The notes below the pieces were generated by a model, which was not told the origin of the DNA, did no database searches, and saw nothing but the letters and a program-made list of their open reading frames with translations. A stretch of DNA of 64,000 nucleotides from Paludibacteraceae bacterium (GTDB lineage: Bacteria; Bacteroidota; Bacteroidia; Bacteroidales; Paludibacteraceae). Location: NCBI GenBank assembly GCA_045590995.1, contig JAZNRY010000101.1, positions 5,823 through 69,822 on the forward strand, in the 5' to 3' direction. Below are positions 62,779 through 64,000 of this stretch, piece after piece. Both the position numbers and the translations under genes were made by a program. How positions within the stretch are numbered: the first letter of the stretch is position 1; each line of letters begins with the position of its first letter.

Positions 62779-63978
62779 ATGTTTATATATTTTTGGATAC
62801 TACGATTGGCTGCCCTTTTCGGGCATAGCAAAGCGAAGAAAATAGTCAGAGGGCAACGCGAGGCAATCACTGCGCTGCAAGAATGGCGTGCGGCTGTTAC
62901 TGCACCCGTATTGTGGATTCATGTGGCGTCCGTTGGAGAGTTTGAGCAGGTGCGTCCTATCATTGAGCGCTTGCGCGAGAACCGTACCGCGCGCAAAATC
63001 GTGCTGACTTTCTTCTCCTCCTCGGGCTATGAGATGCGCAAGGATTACGACAAGGTGGACAAAGTCCTCTACCTGCCTTTCGCTACAAAGCGCAATGCCA
63101 AAAAATGGCTACACGCATTGCAACCAGAGATGGCGGTATTCGTCAAATATGAATTTTGGCCTGCTTACCTGCTGCGCCTGAAAAAACAGAATATCCCCAC
63201 TTATCTCATTTCCGCCATCTTCCGTCCTAAGCAATTGTTCTTCCGACCTTGGGGTACTCTCTATCGTCGATTGCTGCATTGTTTCACGCATATCTATGTG
63301 CAAGACCAGGCTTCTGCACAATTGTTATTGCGCTATGGCATAGAACCTGTGACGGTGGCTGGTGATACGCGCTTTGACCGCGTGACCGAAGTGCGTTCGG
63401 CAGCCAAAGAACTGCCTGTCGTGCAAATGTTCGCAGGAGAAAAGACGCGCGTATTGGTGGCAGGTAGCACATGGCCAGAGGAAGAGCAGATGCTCGCACG
63501 CTTTGTAGCGGAACGCGAAGATATACGCTTGATATTGGTGCCGCACGAATTGCATGAGAACCATTTGCGACAAATCTTCCAGTATTTCGAGGGACGCTAT
63601 GTGCGCTACAGCGAGGCTTCTCCCATGAGTGTGTCTATGGCGCGCGTACTGCTGGTGGATACGATGGGATTGTTGTCCTCTATCTACCGCTATGGTGCGG
63701 TAGCATACATAGGCGGTGGCTTTGGCGTGGGGATTCACAACACGCTGGAGGCGGCGGTATATGGCATGCCCGTCGTGTTTGGACCAAACTGGAAGAAGTT
63801 CCGCGAAGCGCAAGGACTGCAAGAGGCAGGAGCGGCAATCAGCGTGAAGAACTACCGCGAATTCGCGGAGGCATTAGACAGAGCGTTTGCCGAACAAGAG
63901 CAGATGGGACAAGCCGCAGCCGACTATGTCCAAAGCGAGTGCGGCGCCACCGAGAAGATTTATCGGGAAATCTTCTAA
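62779..63978 (+). CDS. waaA: 3-deoxy-D-manno-octulosonic acid (Kdo) transferase
   Basis: Trimmed to MFIYFWIL (ATG 62779, after promoter 62703-62734). VLWIHVASVGEFEQVRPII. Confidence 0.85.
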   Translation: MFIYFWILRLAALFGHSKAKKIVRGQREAITALQEWRAAVTAPVLWIHVASVGEFEQVRPIIERLRENRTARKIVLTFFSSSGYEMRKDYDKVDKVLYLPFATKRNAKKWLHALQPEMAVFVKYEFWPAYLLRLKKQNIPTYLISAIFRPKQLFFRPWGTLYRRLLHCFTHIYVQDQASAQLLLRYGIEPVTVAGDTRFDRVTEVRSAAKELPVVQMFAGEKTRVLVAGSTWPEEEQMLARFVAEREDIRLILVPHELHENHLRQIFQYFEGRYVRYSEASPMSVSMARVLLVDTMGLLSSIYRYGAVAYIGGGFGVGIHNTLEAAVYGMPVVFGPNWKKFREAQGLQEAGAAISVKNYREFAEALDRAFAEQEQMGQAAADYVQSECGATEKIYREIF

Positions 63979-64000
63979 GGACCCAGCCCCCGGCTCCCGG

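Noticed and set aside
1-64000. tRNA and rRNA genes
   Set aside because: I scanned by eye for T-loop (GGTTCGAATCC-like) and rRNA signatures and found none. A tRNAscan run would be needed to be sure.

Overview
This looks like a chromosomal segment from a Bacteroidota genome, possibly Prevotella-like, though I cannot name the species. The phylum call rests on four things. About 20 genes are preceded by the Bacteroidetes sigma-A promoter pattern: TTTG or CTTG at -33, a 19-20 nt spacer, then TAnnTTTG at -7. There is a T9SS C-terminal sorting domain. GldG-like and DUF5683 genes are present. The order parA-parB-DUF5683-mltD is present.

I call 57 CDS, and most are core housekeeping genes: pckA, tsaC, xseB, obg, adk, hup, priA, ansA, pepD, tdk, recJ, floA, topA, rpe, comEC, xseA, secG, parAB, tsaD, tnaA, waaA. 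Several ORF-track entries run upstream across a consensus promoter. I trimmed those to the first ATG downstream of the promoter. Two genes are missing from the track: xseB (58 aa) and an edge-truncated gene at 1-1174. I found no rRNA, tRNA, CRISPR array, integrase or transposase.

What stands out is the density of short repeats:
1. A palindromic-unit element is translated in frame inside recJ, an nrnA-like gene and a C-N hydrolase, with a related copy in priA.
2. A noncoding block of about 190-290 nt is roughly 85-94% identical at two loci 29 kb apart in inverted orientation. Each copy precedes a member of a highly diverged family of small basic proteins (3 paralogues). A partial third copy precedes a GC-richer DUF3987-like P-loop gene.
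3. A GC-hairpin repeat family shows compensatory arm changes, and two copies bracket a GxxExxY gene.
4. Six different intergenic arrays all have an exact 11-bp period.

All function calls come from motif recognition by eye. No searches or folding programs were run.
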